64,000 nucleotides of DNA. Origin: Patescibacteria group bacterium. Its GTDB lineage: Bacteria; Patescibacteriota; Microgenomatia; UM-FILTER-40-11. Where the stretch lies: positions 167,006 to 231,005 of the forward strand of contig DATKVM010000005.1 of assembly GCA_035530075.1 (NCBI GenBank). Direction: 5' to 3'. Within the stretch, counting starts at the first letter, position 1. Each line of letters opens with the position of its first letter. The position numbers and the translations under genes are program-made. Positions 9,078-18,412 of this stretch are shown here, one piece after another. The notes below the pieces were generated by a model. The model ran no database searches. It was not told the DNA's origin and saw only the letters and a program-made list of their open reading frames with translations.

Positions 9078-9326
9078 ATGTCCAATTCGGACTACCAGTC
9101 TGTCCTCACCCTCATTTTCCTCGCTTCCGGCACAATCGGCTGTTGGCTATATGCTGTTAAGGGGTTAAAGAGCAAAAAAATTACTGTTGCCTTCAGAAGA
9201 ATGAAAGTAGCCGAGCTTACCGGCAAGAGCGCAATAAAATATAGTCTTATTTGGATTGTTTTTGCCCTCCTACTTACCATCTGTACCGTTAAATATCTCA
9301 CTTTGGTCCTGGCGGGAAAAGGATAA
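9078..9326 (+). CDS. Small two-TM membrane protein (cassette 3)
   Basis: Two hydrophobic helices; TGATAAAAT 6 nt before ATG. Confidence 0.7.
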   Translation: MSNSDYQSVLTLIFLASGTIGCWLYAVKGLKSKKITVAFRRMKVAELTGKSAIKYSLIWIVFALLLTICTVKYLTLVLAGKG

Positions 9327-9380
9327 AACTCCGGCCACAAAAATTAGGGGCACTAAAAATCCTCCTGCTATAATGCAAGT

Positions 9381-9845
9381 ATGGACAAAGAAGAATGGAA
9401 AGATTGGCTTAATGTTAAGCTTTTGCAAAAAGTGGCCATTGTTGACGAAGAAGGCAATATTTTGGTTTTAACCAGAAACCCTAAGAGTCCGGGCTCAAGA
9501 CCGGGCAAACCAGATCTTCCTGGCGGCAGTTTCTCTCCTGAAGATTTAACCAGCGAAGATAACCCCCACCTGGAAGCAGTTAAGAGAGAAATTAAAGAAG
9601 AAACCGGACTAACAGTCCAAAATATCGAAGTTATTCATGCTTCTTCAGGCATTAAACCAACTCAAACGGCCGGAAAAGTTTTGATAATGGCCCTTGGATA
9701 TAAAGCTGGTGTTAAAGGCGTTAAGCCGGAAGTAACTTTAGGCCAGGAACACACCGAATACCAATGGCTTCCCAAAAATGAAGCTCTTAGCCTCGACTTC
9801 GGCAATGATGGCGGCCTTCATAAAGCAATTATCGAAGCAATTTAA
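9381..9845 (+). CDS. NUDIX hydrolase (cassette 4)
   Basis: DLPGGS...EAVKREIKEETGL Nudix box and EHTEYQW. Confidence 0.92.
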   Translation: MDKEEWKDWLNVKLLQKVAIVDEEGNILVLTRNPKSPGSRPGKPDLPGGSFSPEDLTSEDNPHLEAVKREIKEETGLTVQNIEVIHASSGIKPTQTAGKVLIMALGYKAGVKGVKPEVTLGQEHTEYQWLPKNEALSLDFGNDGGLHKAIIEAI

Positions 9846-9977
9846 ATTCTGGGCGGCAAAAATTAGGGGCTTAAATTTTTCCCAAGGCCAAATTCTGGCA
9901 CATTTGATATGGTTTCTAGTCTTGGTTAAGGCCTAAACTATTGTGAAGGATAAGGTGAAAAATGCTACTATAATTAT

Positions 9978-10952
9978 ATGTCCCCTATAGATTATTTAGT
10001 CAGTTTATTATTACTATTACCACGCTGGGTAGCGCTACCCCCAATCTTTATTTTCTTAGCAATTCTTCTACTGAATTTCCCTGATTACTTAACAAGGTTA
10101 GGAATTACCAAAAACCGTCTAACTGTTAAAAAACTGTTTATCATCTTTACTGCTATCATAATTATCTATTTTGTTGGCGCCTTACCAATGTTGCTCAGCT
10201 TCAGAAATACCCAGGAAGACCTTAAAAGCAAGGTTAATGGTCTAAATCAAGATCTTTCTCATTGCAGACTTGGAACTGCCAGCAGCAACCCACCACAAAA
10301 TAATGGAGAACCTCCTCCACAAGAAAACTTACCTCTTTGTCAAGATTGGAATCAATGTACTAATTTCAAGAATGATTTCGGTTTAGATAATAGTTATTAT
10401 GTTCATACAGACGACGATCCTCAAGTATTGATATTGACAAATTCAGGCTCTTGGAAAACACCGCCATTATATTTTGAAAAAGAATGTTCACCCTTTTATT
10501 CATTTAGACTTGATGTTACTCCATTAAACTCTGAGGCTGCAAATATCATCATTGAGAGCAAAGAGATGTTTCAGTTATTTATCGGAGACGGTGATTACCG
10601 AAGCTTGGCATTTCTGAAATGGGATCAAAAAAGCAGCGGGTGGCAAAGGGAGGAGAATTCCAAAATTTTCTTAGGTCGTGACCTTAACCTTCCGGACATG
10701 GAATCCAAAACCCAATTTAGTGTCAGTATTGAAACGAGAAAAAAGGCCGGTAACGCTGAAGTAACCGTTAGTATAACTTACAAACCAGCTGGAGGAAAGA
10801 AAGAAAAAGAAACAGCGACATTTAGGAAAGAAATAGGCCTAGCGGCAGCAGAGCCAGAAAAAATCACAACAAAGGTCGGAATAGGAATGTATCACCCAGA
10901 TGGAAATATCCCTCAAGCAAAATTTTATTTTATGGGGCTTAGAAGTAGGTAA
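9978..10952 (+). CDS. Hypothetical membrane-anchored protein with an extracellular beta-rich domain
   Basis: 324-aa ORF, two N-terminal TM segments, visibly more AT-rich than the neighbours. Confidence 0.7.
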   Translation: MSPIDYLVSLLLLLPRWVALPPIFIFLAILLLNFPDYLTRLGITKNRLTVKKLFIIFTAIIIIYFVGALPMLLSFRNTQEDLKSKVNGLNQDLSHCRLGTASSNPPQNNGEPPPQENLPLCQDWNQCTNFKNDFGLDNSYYVHTDDDPQVLILTNSGSWKTPPLYFEKECSPFYSFRLDVTPLNSEAANIIIESKEMFQLFIGDGDYRSLAFLKWDQKSSGWQREENSKIFLGRDLNLPDMESKTQFSVSIETRKKAGNAEVTVSITYKPAGGKKEKETATFRKEIGLAAAEPEKITTKVGIGMYHPDGNIPQAKFYFMGLRSR

Positions 10953-10957
10953 CCAAT

Positions 10958-10986
10958 ATGCCCACCGGGCGGTGGGCATTTAATTT
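10958..10986 (+). terminator. Probable intrinsic terminator
   Basis: ATGCCCACC-GGGC-GGTGGGCAT perfect stem followed by a T-rich tract, just after the stop at 10952. Confidence 0.7.
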
Positions 10987-11053
10987 CATTTCAGCGGTTT
11001 ATCTCTTTAAACCTAAGCGACTCAACTTAATCCGTCGAAGTCTTGAAATCTGC

Positions 11054-11494
11054 CTAAAGGTTACCTTTTTCTTGAAGAGCGCGCTTTTCTGCCTTACCTC
11101 TGACCTTTTGCGCCTCTTTTTTCTTCATTTCTAACTCTCTCACCAAATTTTCTTTCAATTTTTCCTCAATTTCCGGGCTTTCCGGAATTTCAAAATCCGG
11201 ACTTTCGACCATCTCAATTGCCGCATCAAAGACTTCAGCCGAAGGGCAATATCTGTGACCCATTTCCCCGCTTGGCCTTGTGCCAAAAATTTTCTCCTGA
11301 AATTCCTGAAAGAATTGAAGCCTTCGTTCTCTTATTGTCTTTCCCCGCTCTTCTGGGCTAAACAATTCTTCAAGCCCCGTTGGTTCATTGGAGGCCTTCG
11401 CCAGATACAAAGCATCTTTTCTTTTCCAATCCTTAAGTCTGGTCGTCCATTCACCTAGATTTGATTCGCCTTCAAGATTGTCTACGCTGGTCAT
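11054..11494 (-). CDS. Hypothetical charged helical protein
   Basis: 146-aa ORF with SD-like AAGGGG upstream. Confidence 0.6.
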   Translation of the reverse strand: MTSVDNLEGESNLGEWTTRLKDWKRKDALYLAKASNEPTGLEELFSPEERGKTIRERRLQFFQEFQEKIFGTRPSGEMGHRYCPSAEVFDAAIEMVESPDFEIPESPEIEEKLKENLVRELEMKKKEAQKVRGKAEKRALQEKGNL

Positions 11495-11634
11495 TTTAAA
11501 GCCCCTTTAATTTACACTTCAATCTAACAAAACACGACTCCTTCGTCAACCAAAGTGCCCTTCGCCAGAAGGGTACATAATTTCCCCCGTCCAATTTGAT
11601 CAGAGGAGTATAATTACTTTGAGGAGGATAGAAA

Positions 11635-12027
11635 ATGCTGACAGCAGAAATGCGTAGTACAAGGGAGGGCGAATTAAAAAGTCCCGAGCGTCAACGACTC
11701 TTCCATGTATTAACTGATTTTTTAATCGGCCAGTCTCCAGAGATTCCAGAAAATGCCTGTGCCTCAAGTCCTTTTCTTCTCATGGGCGGCTGGCTGCATC
11801 CGGTCGTAAATATGGAGACAGCGGAGAGAGAGGAAGGTCAAGGGGGAGAAATTGTAGGTTTAAGGTGGATAGATAATGAAGCAGTAAAAGCCCATCCCGG
11901 GGAAGATCCTGCTTGGGCAAAGATGGAAAAAGCAATGGCCCACGTTCCTGTCCAAGCCTTCTTTGTAAACTCGTCGAAGGATTTATCCTGCTTGCCCATC
12001 GTAACCCTGGTGAAGATGGGAGCGTAG
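11635..12027 (+). CDS. Hypothetical protein
   Basis: TATAAT and GAGGAGG SD upstream; 3' end runs into REP-like repeats. Confidence 0.6.
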   Translation: MLTAEMRSTREGELKSPERQRLFHVLTDFLIGQSPEIPENACASSPFLLMGGWLHPVVNMETAEREEGQGGEIVGLRWIDNEAVKAHPGEDPAWAKMEKAMAHVPVQAFFVNSSKDLSCLPIVTLVKMGA

Positions 12028-12060
12028 TCGAGGATTTATCCTGAGCGTAGTCGAAGGATT
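11973..12060. repeat. Tandem/nested REP-like elements (TCCTGAGCGTAGTCGAAGGA type)
   Basis: GTCGA(A)GGATTTATCCTG twice and AGCGTAGTCGA twice, with a CCCATC...GATGGG hairpin inside one unit. Confidence 0.75.
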
Positions 12061-14749
12061 ACTTATTGGTGTGAGTACTTGCACCCATTTTGTCCTCCAC
12101 TGCCGCTTGGGCGGCGGCGAGCCGGGCAATGGGGACCCTGAATGGCGAGCAGGAAACATAGGTCAGTCCTACCCGGTGGCAGAATTTGATTGACTCCGGG
12201 TCACCGCCATGCTCACCACAAATTCCCACTTTCAGATTCTTTCTGACCGAGCGGCCTTTTTCGACTGCCATCTTAACGAGCTGCCCGACCCCGTCTTGGT
12301 CCAAAGTCTGGAATGGGTCAGCTTTTAAAAGCTTTTGGTCAAGATAAACTTTTATAAACTTCCCTGAATCATCTCTGGAAAAACCCATACACATCTGGGT
12401 CAAGTCGTTAGTGCCGCAAGAGAAAAATTCGGCTTCTTGGGCAACTTCATCGGCCGTTAAAGCGCCTCTAGGCACCTCAATCATCGTCCCGACATGGTAT
12501 TCCAGCTTGACGCCTTCTTCCTTCATCACCTCATCCGCCACGCGGACAACGACTTCCTTTTGGTGTTTAAGCTCGTTAACATTCCCAACCAAAGGAATCA
12601 TCACTTCCGGAATGACCTCCAGCTTTTCTTCTTTCTTAAGCTCACAAGCGGCCTGGAAAATGGCCCACGCCTGCATTTCGGTAATCTCCGGATAAGTAAT
12701 GCCTAAGCGGCAGCCGCGATGGCCAAGCATCGGGTTAAATTCGTGGAGTTCGGCCGACTTGGCCCAGATTTTCTCGGCGGGCACGCCGATTTTCTTAGAA
12801 AGCTCAACCGCTTCCTCCTCGGTCTTGGGCAAAAATTCATGAAGCGGCGGGTCCAAGGTTCTAATCGTTACCGGGAGTCCCTCCATTTCCTTAAAGAGCC
12901 CCTTAAAGTCCTCTTTTTGGAACTCAAGTAGTTTTTTGAGGGCTTTCCGCCGGTCTTCTTCATTGTCAGCCACAATCATTTCCTGCATAAAAGGCAGCCG
13001 GTCTTTGGCAAAGAACATATGCTCGGTTCGGCAAAGCCCGATGCCTTCGGCCCCGAATTTGCGAGCCACGACCGCGTCTCTTGGAATATCGGCATTGGCC
13101 CGAACCCCGATTCTTCTCGCTTCGTCCGCCCAGCCCATAAACTCGCCAAAGTCCCCGGTCATACTCGGCTCCATGGTCGGGACTTTGCCTAAAATCACCT
13201 CGCCGGTGCTGCCGTTTAGGGTAATAAACTCGCCCTCATGAAACTCTACCCCGCCAACCGAAAACTTCTTAGCTACCTCATCCACCCTGATATCTTCACA
13301 ACCGGCCACGCAGCATTTACCCATACTTCTGGCCACAATCGCCGCATGCGAAGTCATTCCGCCTCGGCCAGTTAAAATCCCTTGAGACATCGCCATTCCC
13401 GCAATATCATCCGGGTTGGTTTCCAAACGAACTAAAATCACTTTGTCCGTGTCTCCTTGAGTGACCGCGTCTTCCGAGGAAAAAACCACCTGGCCGACGG
13501 CCGCTCCCGGGGAGGCAGGCAAACCCTTGGCCAAAACTTCACACTTAGCGGTCGGGTCCAAAATCGGGTGCAAAAGCTGGTTTAAAGATTCCGGCTCGAC
13601 CCGCATTAAAGCCTCATCTTTGGTAATGAGCTTTTCCTTGACCATATCAACGGCAATTTTTACCGCCGCCAAAGCGGTTCTTTTACCGTTCCGGGTCTGA
13701 AGCATATAAAGCTTGCCTTTCTCAATCGTGAACTCAAAATCCTGGACATCCCGGTAATGCTTTTCCAAGCGGGAAGTAATTTCCTTAAGCTGCTTAAAAA
13801 CGGCCGGCATTTCGTGCTCAAGCTCGGTAATCGGCTTTGGCGTGCGCACGCCAGCAACCACATCCTCGCCTTGGGCATTGACCAAATATTCACCATAAAA
13901 AGCTTTTTCTCCAGTGGCTGGATTGCGGGTAAAACCAACGCCGGTAGCACAATCATTGCCTAAATTGCCAAAAACCATTGTCTGAACATTAACCGCTGTC
14001 CCTAAATCATCCGCAATTTTATTAAGCTTGCGGTAAGTAATGGCCCGGGGGTTGTTCCAACTCCTAAAAACCGCATCTTGGGCTAAATCCAGCTGAACTA
14101 AAGGATCTTGAGGAAAAGCCCGGCCGGTCTTTTCTTGAATCAGCTCTTTATACTTCCCCACCAAATCTTTAATGTCGGCCACTTTTAAATCCGTATCCAG
14201 CATGGCTCCAACTTCTTCTTTCTTTTTCCCTAAAATCTCTTCAAAAACCTCCTTGCCCAAACCTAAAACCACATCGCCGAAGGTATAGAGGAAACGGCGG
14301 TAAGAGTCCCAGGCAAACCAGTCATTGCCGGTTCTCTTGGCTAAGCCTTCCACAATTTTGTCATTCAAGCCTAAGTTCAAAACTGTATCCATCATTCCCG
14401 GCATGGAAAATTTAGCGCCGGAACGGACAGAAACTAAAAGTGGGTTTTCGACCTCGCCGAACTGCTTACCATTTACTTTCTCCAGCTTCTTGACCGCCGC
14501 TTCGTATTGTTCCTTAAATCCCTCTGGTAACTTATGCCCCCGGCTATAGAGAAACTTGCAGACCTCGGTGGTAATGGTGAATCCGGGCGGGACAGGAATA
14601 CCGGCGTTAGTCATCTCCGCCAAACCAGCGCCTTTGCCGCCTAAAAGATCCTTCATTTTGCCGTTGCCTTCGGCTTTGCCCTCACCAAAGAAGTAAACAT
14701 ACTTATTCTCTTTATTTGAACCGGAGGTTTTCCTTTTTGAAGTTACCAC
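12059..14749 (-). CDS. ppdK: Pyruvate, phosphate dikinase
   Basis: LLGGKGAGLAEM, SVRSGAKFSMPGMMDT, GGMTSHAA, GLCRTEHMF, GTNDLTQ. Confidence 0.98.
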   Translation of the reverse strand: MVTSKRKTSGSNKENKYVYFFGEGKAEGNGKMKDLLGGKGAGLAEMTNAGIPVPPGFTITTEVCKFLYSRGHKLPEGFKEQYEAAVKKLEKVNGKQFGEVENPLLVSVRSGAKFSMPGMMDTVLNLGLNDKIVEGLAKRTGNDWFAWDSYRRFLYTFGDVVLGLGKEVFEEILGKKKEEVGAMLDTDLKVADIKDLVGKYKELIQEKTGRAFPQDPLVQLDLAQDAVFRSWNNPRAITYRKLNKIADDLGTAVNVQTMVFGNLGNDCATGVGFTRNPATGEKAFYGEYLVNAQGEDVVAGVRTPKPITELEHEMPAVFKQLKEITSRLEKHYRDVQDFEFTIEKGKLYMLQTRNGKRTALAAVKIAVDMVKEKLITKDEALMRVEPESLNQLLHPILDPTAKCEVLAKGLPASPGAAVGQVVFSSEDAVTQGDTDKVILVRLETNPDDIAGMAMSQGILTGRGGMTSHAAIVARSMGKCCVAGCEDIRVDEVAKKFSVGGVEFHEGEFITLNGSTGEVILGKVPTMEPSMTGDFGEFMGWADEARRIGVRANADIPRDAVVARKFGAEGIGLCRTEHMFFAKDRLPFMQEMIVADNEEDRRKALKKLLEFQKEDFKGLFKEMEGLPVTIRTLDPPLHEFLPKTEEEAVELSKKIGVPAEKIWAKSAELHEFNPMLGHRGCRLGITYPEITEMQAWAIFQAACELKKEEKLEVIPEVMIPLVGNVNELKHQKEVVVRVADEVMKEEGVKLEYHVGTMIEVPRGALTADEVAQEAEFFSCGTNDLTQMCMGFSRDDSGKFIKVYLDQKLLKADPFQTLDQDGVGQLVKMAVEKGRSVRKNLKVGICGEHGGDPESIKFCHRVGLTYVSCSPFRVPIARLAAAQAAVEDKMGASTHTNK

Positions 14750-14865
14750 AATCTCTCCTTAATTAAGGCTAGCTAACAAGTTTCTCTATTCTACTCTTTG
14801 AGCCTCAAATTGGCAAGAAACGATTACTATGATAGGATAGTTAAAGTACTGCTCAAGATAAGAAG

Positions 14866-16101
14866 ATGGCTGAGATTAAGAGGCTAGTTTTCCCTCCGGG
14901 GTTTTTGTGGGGAACGGCGACGGCTGCCCATCAAGTTGAAGGAAATAATATTCACAGCGATTGGTGGGAATGGGAACAGGCTGGCGGCGGAACTGAACCA
15001 TCAGGCCAGGCCTGTGGCCAATATGAACTTTTCTCCAAAGATTTTAATCTCATTAAAAAGCTTCATAACAACGCCCATCGGCTTTCCTTAGAATGGGCCC
15101 GGCTGGAGCCAAAATGTGGTTGGTTTGATCCTCAAGAAGTCAAACACTACCGAAAAGTGCTTTCTTCCTTAAAAAAGAGGGGGATAAAAACTTTCGTTAC
15201 CCTTCACCACTTTACTAATCCCTCTTGGTTTGCTCAAAAGGGGGGTTTTGTCAAACGAGCCAATCTTCAGTATTTTGAAAAATATGTTAGCTACTGTGCG
15301 AAAAATTTTGGTGATTTAGTGGATGCCTGGATAACGATTAACGAACCAAATATGTATGTCGGAGCCGCTTATCTTCAGGGTCTTTGGCCACCTCAAAAGC
15401 GCAGTCTTTGGCTATCTTTAAAGGTGATGCTCAACTTAGCTCTGGCGCACCGAAGAGCTTACCAGATACTCCATCAAAAATTCACCGACTGCCAAGTGGG
15501 AGCCGCCGTTAGCTATCAGTCAATTCACCCCACGAGGAAAAAGCTAATTAATCGGCTTCTATGCTGGGTGGTAAAATTTTTTTCCAATAACTTCTTTTAT
15601 TTTCTTACCGGCAAAACCCATGATTTTTTAGGTCTTAATTATTATCAAAACGTTAAGATTTCCTGGCGGATTTTTAAACTGTTCTTGAGCTCAAGCGAAG
15701 AGAAAATTGAAGAAGAACAAGACGACTATTTTTCCGGAGAAACCACCGATTTGGGCTGGAACATTTATCCCCGAGGGATTCATGAAGTGGTAGTTGAGGC
15801 TTACCGCAAATACAGAAAGCCAATTTTTATTACCGAAAACGGAGTCGCCGATAGTAAAGATACCCGAAGAAAAGACTTTATCCAAGACCACCTTCGGTGG
15901 CTTTACGAAGCCATCAAGGAAGGAATCGATGTTCGAGGCTACTTTTATTGGACTTTACTGGATAATTTCGAGTGGGCTTTAGGTTTTAAACCAAAGTTTG
16001 GTTTGGCGAAAACCGATTATTCAACTCTTCGGCGGAACTTTCGCCCTAGTGCCCGTTTTTACGCAGAAGTCTGCCAGAACAATGCGATCTTAGACTTATA
16101 G
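14866..16101 (+). CDS. Glycoside hydrolase family 1 (beta-glucosidase/galactosidase)
   Basis: FLWGTATAAHQVEG, TINEP acid/base, ITENG nucleophile, DNFEW. Confidence 0.96.
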   Translation: MAEIKRLVFPPGFLWGTATAAHQVEGNNIHSDWWEWEQAGGGTEPSGQACGQYELFSKDFNLIKKLHNNAHRLSLEWARLEPKCGWFDPQEVKHYRKVLSSLKKRGIKTFVTLHHFTNPSWFAQKGGFVKRANLQYFEKYVSYCAKNFGDLVDAWITINEPNMYVGAAYLQGLWPPQKRSLWLSLKVMLNLALAHRRAYQILHQKFTDCQVGAAVSYQSIHPTRKKLINRLLCWVVKFFSNNFFYFLTGKTHDFLGLNYYQNVKISWRIFKLFLSSSEEKIEEEQDDYFSGETTDLGWNIYPRGIHEVVVEAYRKYRKPIFITENGVADSKDTRRKDFIQDHLRWLYEAIKEGIDVRGYFYWTLLDNFEWALGFKPKFGLAKTDYSTLRRNFRPSARFYAEVCQNNAILDL

Positions 16102-16245
16102 ACTATTTTCTTGCTTGCAAAATAAGGTCCAAATCGGGTAAAATCCACCTCGAAGAGGGAAAAATTCCTATCTTTTATGCCATGGAACAAGAAGAACCTC
16201 CTTTGAGTCGGGAAACAATTAAGGTTAAACCTAATCAAAACCAAT

Positions 16246-16596
16246 ATGAAAGAGTTTTTAAACATCTTACTCTATTTTGGCGTTGGCTTTCTGGAGATGT
16301 TTTTGGCCACCCAAAGAACTTACTGGATTTCCAAAGGCCGATCGTCCGCAGCGGCCCTCTTAGTGTTTTTTGAAAACTTCATCGCTCTTTTCGTCATTTA
16401 TCAAATCGCTAACAATCTTTATGGCCACTGGCCGATCTTCGTCGCTTATGCTATCGGCAACTCTCTGGGCACTTTCCTTAATCTTGAGGGAAACAAGGGT
16501 TTTCCGCCTCGTTTGAGGCTATTTAAGGCTAAAAGGGCCACTTCCAAGGCTAAACTAGCCGCGGAAGCCTCTTCGCTTCAGCCAGCCTCAATCTGA
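16246..16596 (+). CDS. Small membrane protein (DUF2179/DUF5698-like)
   Basis: Three TM helices, AAALLVFFE and AYAIGNSLGTF motifs. Confidence 0.65.
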   Translation: MKEFLNILLYFGVGFLEMFLATQRTYWISKGRSSAAALLVFFENFIALFVIYQIANNLYGHWPIFVAYAIGNSLGTFLNLEGNKGFPPRLRLFKAKRATSKAKLAAEASSLQPASI

Positions 16597-16735
16597 GGCT
16601 AAATCTTGCCTTAACCGTTCGGTTGCCGGTGGAAAAGAAAGGTTTTTCCTTGACTTTTTGCCCTTCTTCGGTTATAATCCCCGAAGTCCTGAGCAAACTG
16701 TTCAGGATTTTTTTGCGGGCTAATTGGCCCGCCCT

Positions 16736-17398
16736 ATGAACCAAAAATTCAATCAGGTTAAAAGGTTTCTCGAACCAAAACTTAATCTTTTAGCCAGCCG
16801 AATTTTCACTTCTGTAGTTAAGCCGTTTAGCCGGTATTCCCGCCAGATTTTTGAATTCCAAAAAATCAAACAGGCTGTCGGCTCCCTAATGGTCGTTTCC
16901 GTCTTAGCGATGGCGGTTTTGCCAACCTCGCTTTCCACGGCCCAAGCCAACATTGAAACTAATCAGGCTCAAATCGAAGTTGATTTGGCCTCGCTGACAA
17001 CTGAACAATCGGTTCACTTGCCCTTGGAAACTTTTAAGTTTAGCCAAGGCTTTAGCTTCTTCCATCCAGGTATTGATTTGGCTGCTCCCAAAGGAACGCC
17101 TACTTACCCGATTATGGAAGGTTATGTTGAAGAAATTGAGTATAGCCACTGGGGTTATGGTAACCATATCTATATTAACCATGGTAACGGCTTTCGATCC
17201 CTCTATGCCCATTTATCTCAAATTGAGGTGAAAAAAGACGAATTCGTTAACCGAGACTCGATTATCGGGTTAGTCGGTTCAAGCGGTTGGTCGTCTGGAC
17301 CCCACCTTCACTTGCAAATTTGGGAAGGGGAAAAATTGATTAACCCCAAAACTTTCCTGGAAAGCTATTTAGGCCAAAAATTAGCCAGTGTTAAGTAA
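16736..17398 (+). CDS. M23 family metallopeptidase
   Basis: HPGIDLAA, GYGN, LYAHLS, GPHLHL. Confidence 0.93.
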   Translation: MNQKFNQVKRFLEPKLNLLASRIFTSVVKPFSRYSRQIFEFQKIKQAVGSLMVVSVLAMAVLPTSLSTAQANIETNQAQIEVDLASLTTEQSVHLPLETFKFSQGFSFFHPGIDLAAPKGTPTYPIMEGYVEEIEYSHWGYGNHIYINHGNGFRSLYAHLSQIEVKKDEFVNRDSIIGLVGSSGWSSGPHLHLQIWEGEKLINPKTFLESYLGQKLASVK

Positions 17399-17404
17399 CC
17401 TAGG

Positions 17405-18412
17405 TTACTTAAGATACTGCCGGAAAAACTCCCAATCCCTTTGTCTTAAAAGATCACCGGTCTCTTTATAACGGTTAAAGTTGTGGTTTTCGCCCCGGTA
17501 AAGATAAAAATCGACACTCAAATCCTGGTCTCTTAGTCTCTCAACTAAGCCTCGAGTCCACTCAGTTTTAACCAGCTCATCCGCTAATCCTTGATGAACG
17601 ATAAAAGGAGCTTTTATTTGAGTGAAATATTCGGCGATAGAGAATTTTTTCGGGTCATTGGTCTTCAAAAATTCCTCGACTTTTTCCTTAACCGGATTAC
17701 CCACTTCCTCTTCTTTTCCCAGATAAACCGTTACGCTTTCCGGAAAACCCAGGGAAACCGGTGACCAAAGGCTCGTCGGGTAAGCCTGGCCGGTAATTTC
17801 CAGAATTGAAAGGGCAATTTGGCCGCCATTGGAATGACCCCATAAGCCGATTCGGCTATTGTCAGCTTGCGGCAGACTATCTATTACCCAAAGGAGATTA
17901 AGAACTTCTACCGGCCGGTAAAAACGAGCCAATAAAATATCTTTATCCTCCCAATCAGACCAGCCATAGCCCAAAAAATCAGGCGCTAAGGTTAAAAACC
18001 CATGCTCAGCCAAAAAATTCGCGCTTCTTTCCGTTCCCAAGCCAATATGATAAGTTTCCTGGTTAGCATAACCACGTAGCAGAATAATTACCGGAAATGG
18101 CCCCTTACCGGTGGGGATATTGGCCATCCCGGATATAGTTTTACCATCGGATTGATAAGTAAAAACATAGGTGTCGAAATTCTGACCTTTTTTAGTTAAA
18201 GAAGTCAGATTTATCTTCCCCAACTGAAATTCCCGAGCCGAAAGCGCTTCAAAAGTATAAGGAGCGTATTTATTTCCCCCCGGTAAAGATTTTTTCAAGG
18301 AAGAGGCCAAGGGGGAAACGATTTCTTCTCCCCTCCCCCAAAGCTGAAAAAGGCCTCCCGCCAAAAGGATAATTCCCCCAACAATTAACCCTCCGGCAAA
18401 CCATTTCCTCAT
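17405..18412 (-). CDS. Secreted/anchored alpha/beta hydrolase (S9-like)
   Basis: GHSNGG nucleophile elbow, HQGLADE, ENHNF; N-terminal TM starts at MRKWF (18412); extension to 18526 is inside the mini-element. Confidence 0.88.
   Translation of the reverse strand: MRKWFAGGLIVGGIILLAGGLFQLWGRGEEIVSPLASSLKKSLPGGNKYAPYTFEALSAREFQLGKINLTSLTKKGQNFDTYVFTYQSDGKTISGMANIPTGKGPFPVIILLRGYANQETYHIGLGTERSANFLAEHGFLTLAPDFLGYGWSDWEDKDILLARFYRPVEVLNLLWVIDSLPQADNSRIGLWGHSNGGQIALSILEITGQAYPTSLWSPVSLGFPESVTVYLGKEEEVGNPVKEKVEEFLKTNDPKKFSIAEYFTQIKAPFIVHQGLADELVKTEWTRGLVERLRDQDLSVDFYLYRGENHNFNRYKETGDLLRQRDWEFFRQYLK

Larger units (their letters stand above)
7963..9869 (+). repeat. Five dispersed direct copies of GGCGGCAAAAATTAGGGG (7963, 8224, 9035, 9333, 9852)
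   Basis: Exact at 9035-9052 and 9852-9869; 17/18 at 8224; 16/18 at 9333; 13/18 at 7963; one gene between each pair. Confidence 0.88.

Noticed and set aside
7963-9869. CRISPR array or integron reading of the 18-bp repeats
   Set aside because: Spacers are 260-810 bp whole genes; no cas or intI gene; no attC-type long palindrome or GTTRRRY core
11501-11513. Possible sixth, inverted copy of the cassette repeat (GCCCCTTTAATTT)
   Set aside because: Needs a gap, lacks the GGCGGC half, and is explained as the SD of the 11494 gene
12411-14549. Many antisense and alternate-frame ORFs within ppdK (likewise groEL, valS, dnaA, virB4)
   Set aside because: Shadow ORFs of well-conserved genes with no independent motifs or start signals
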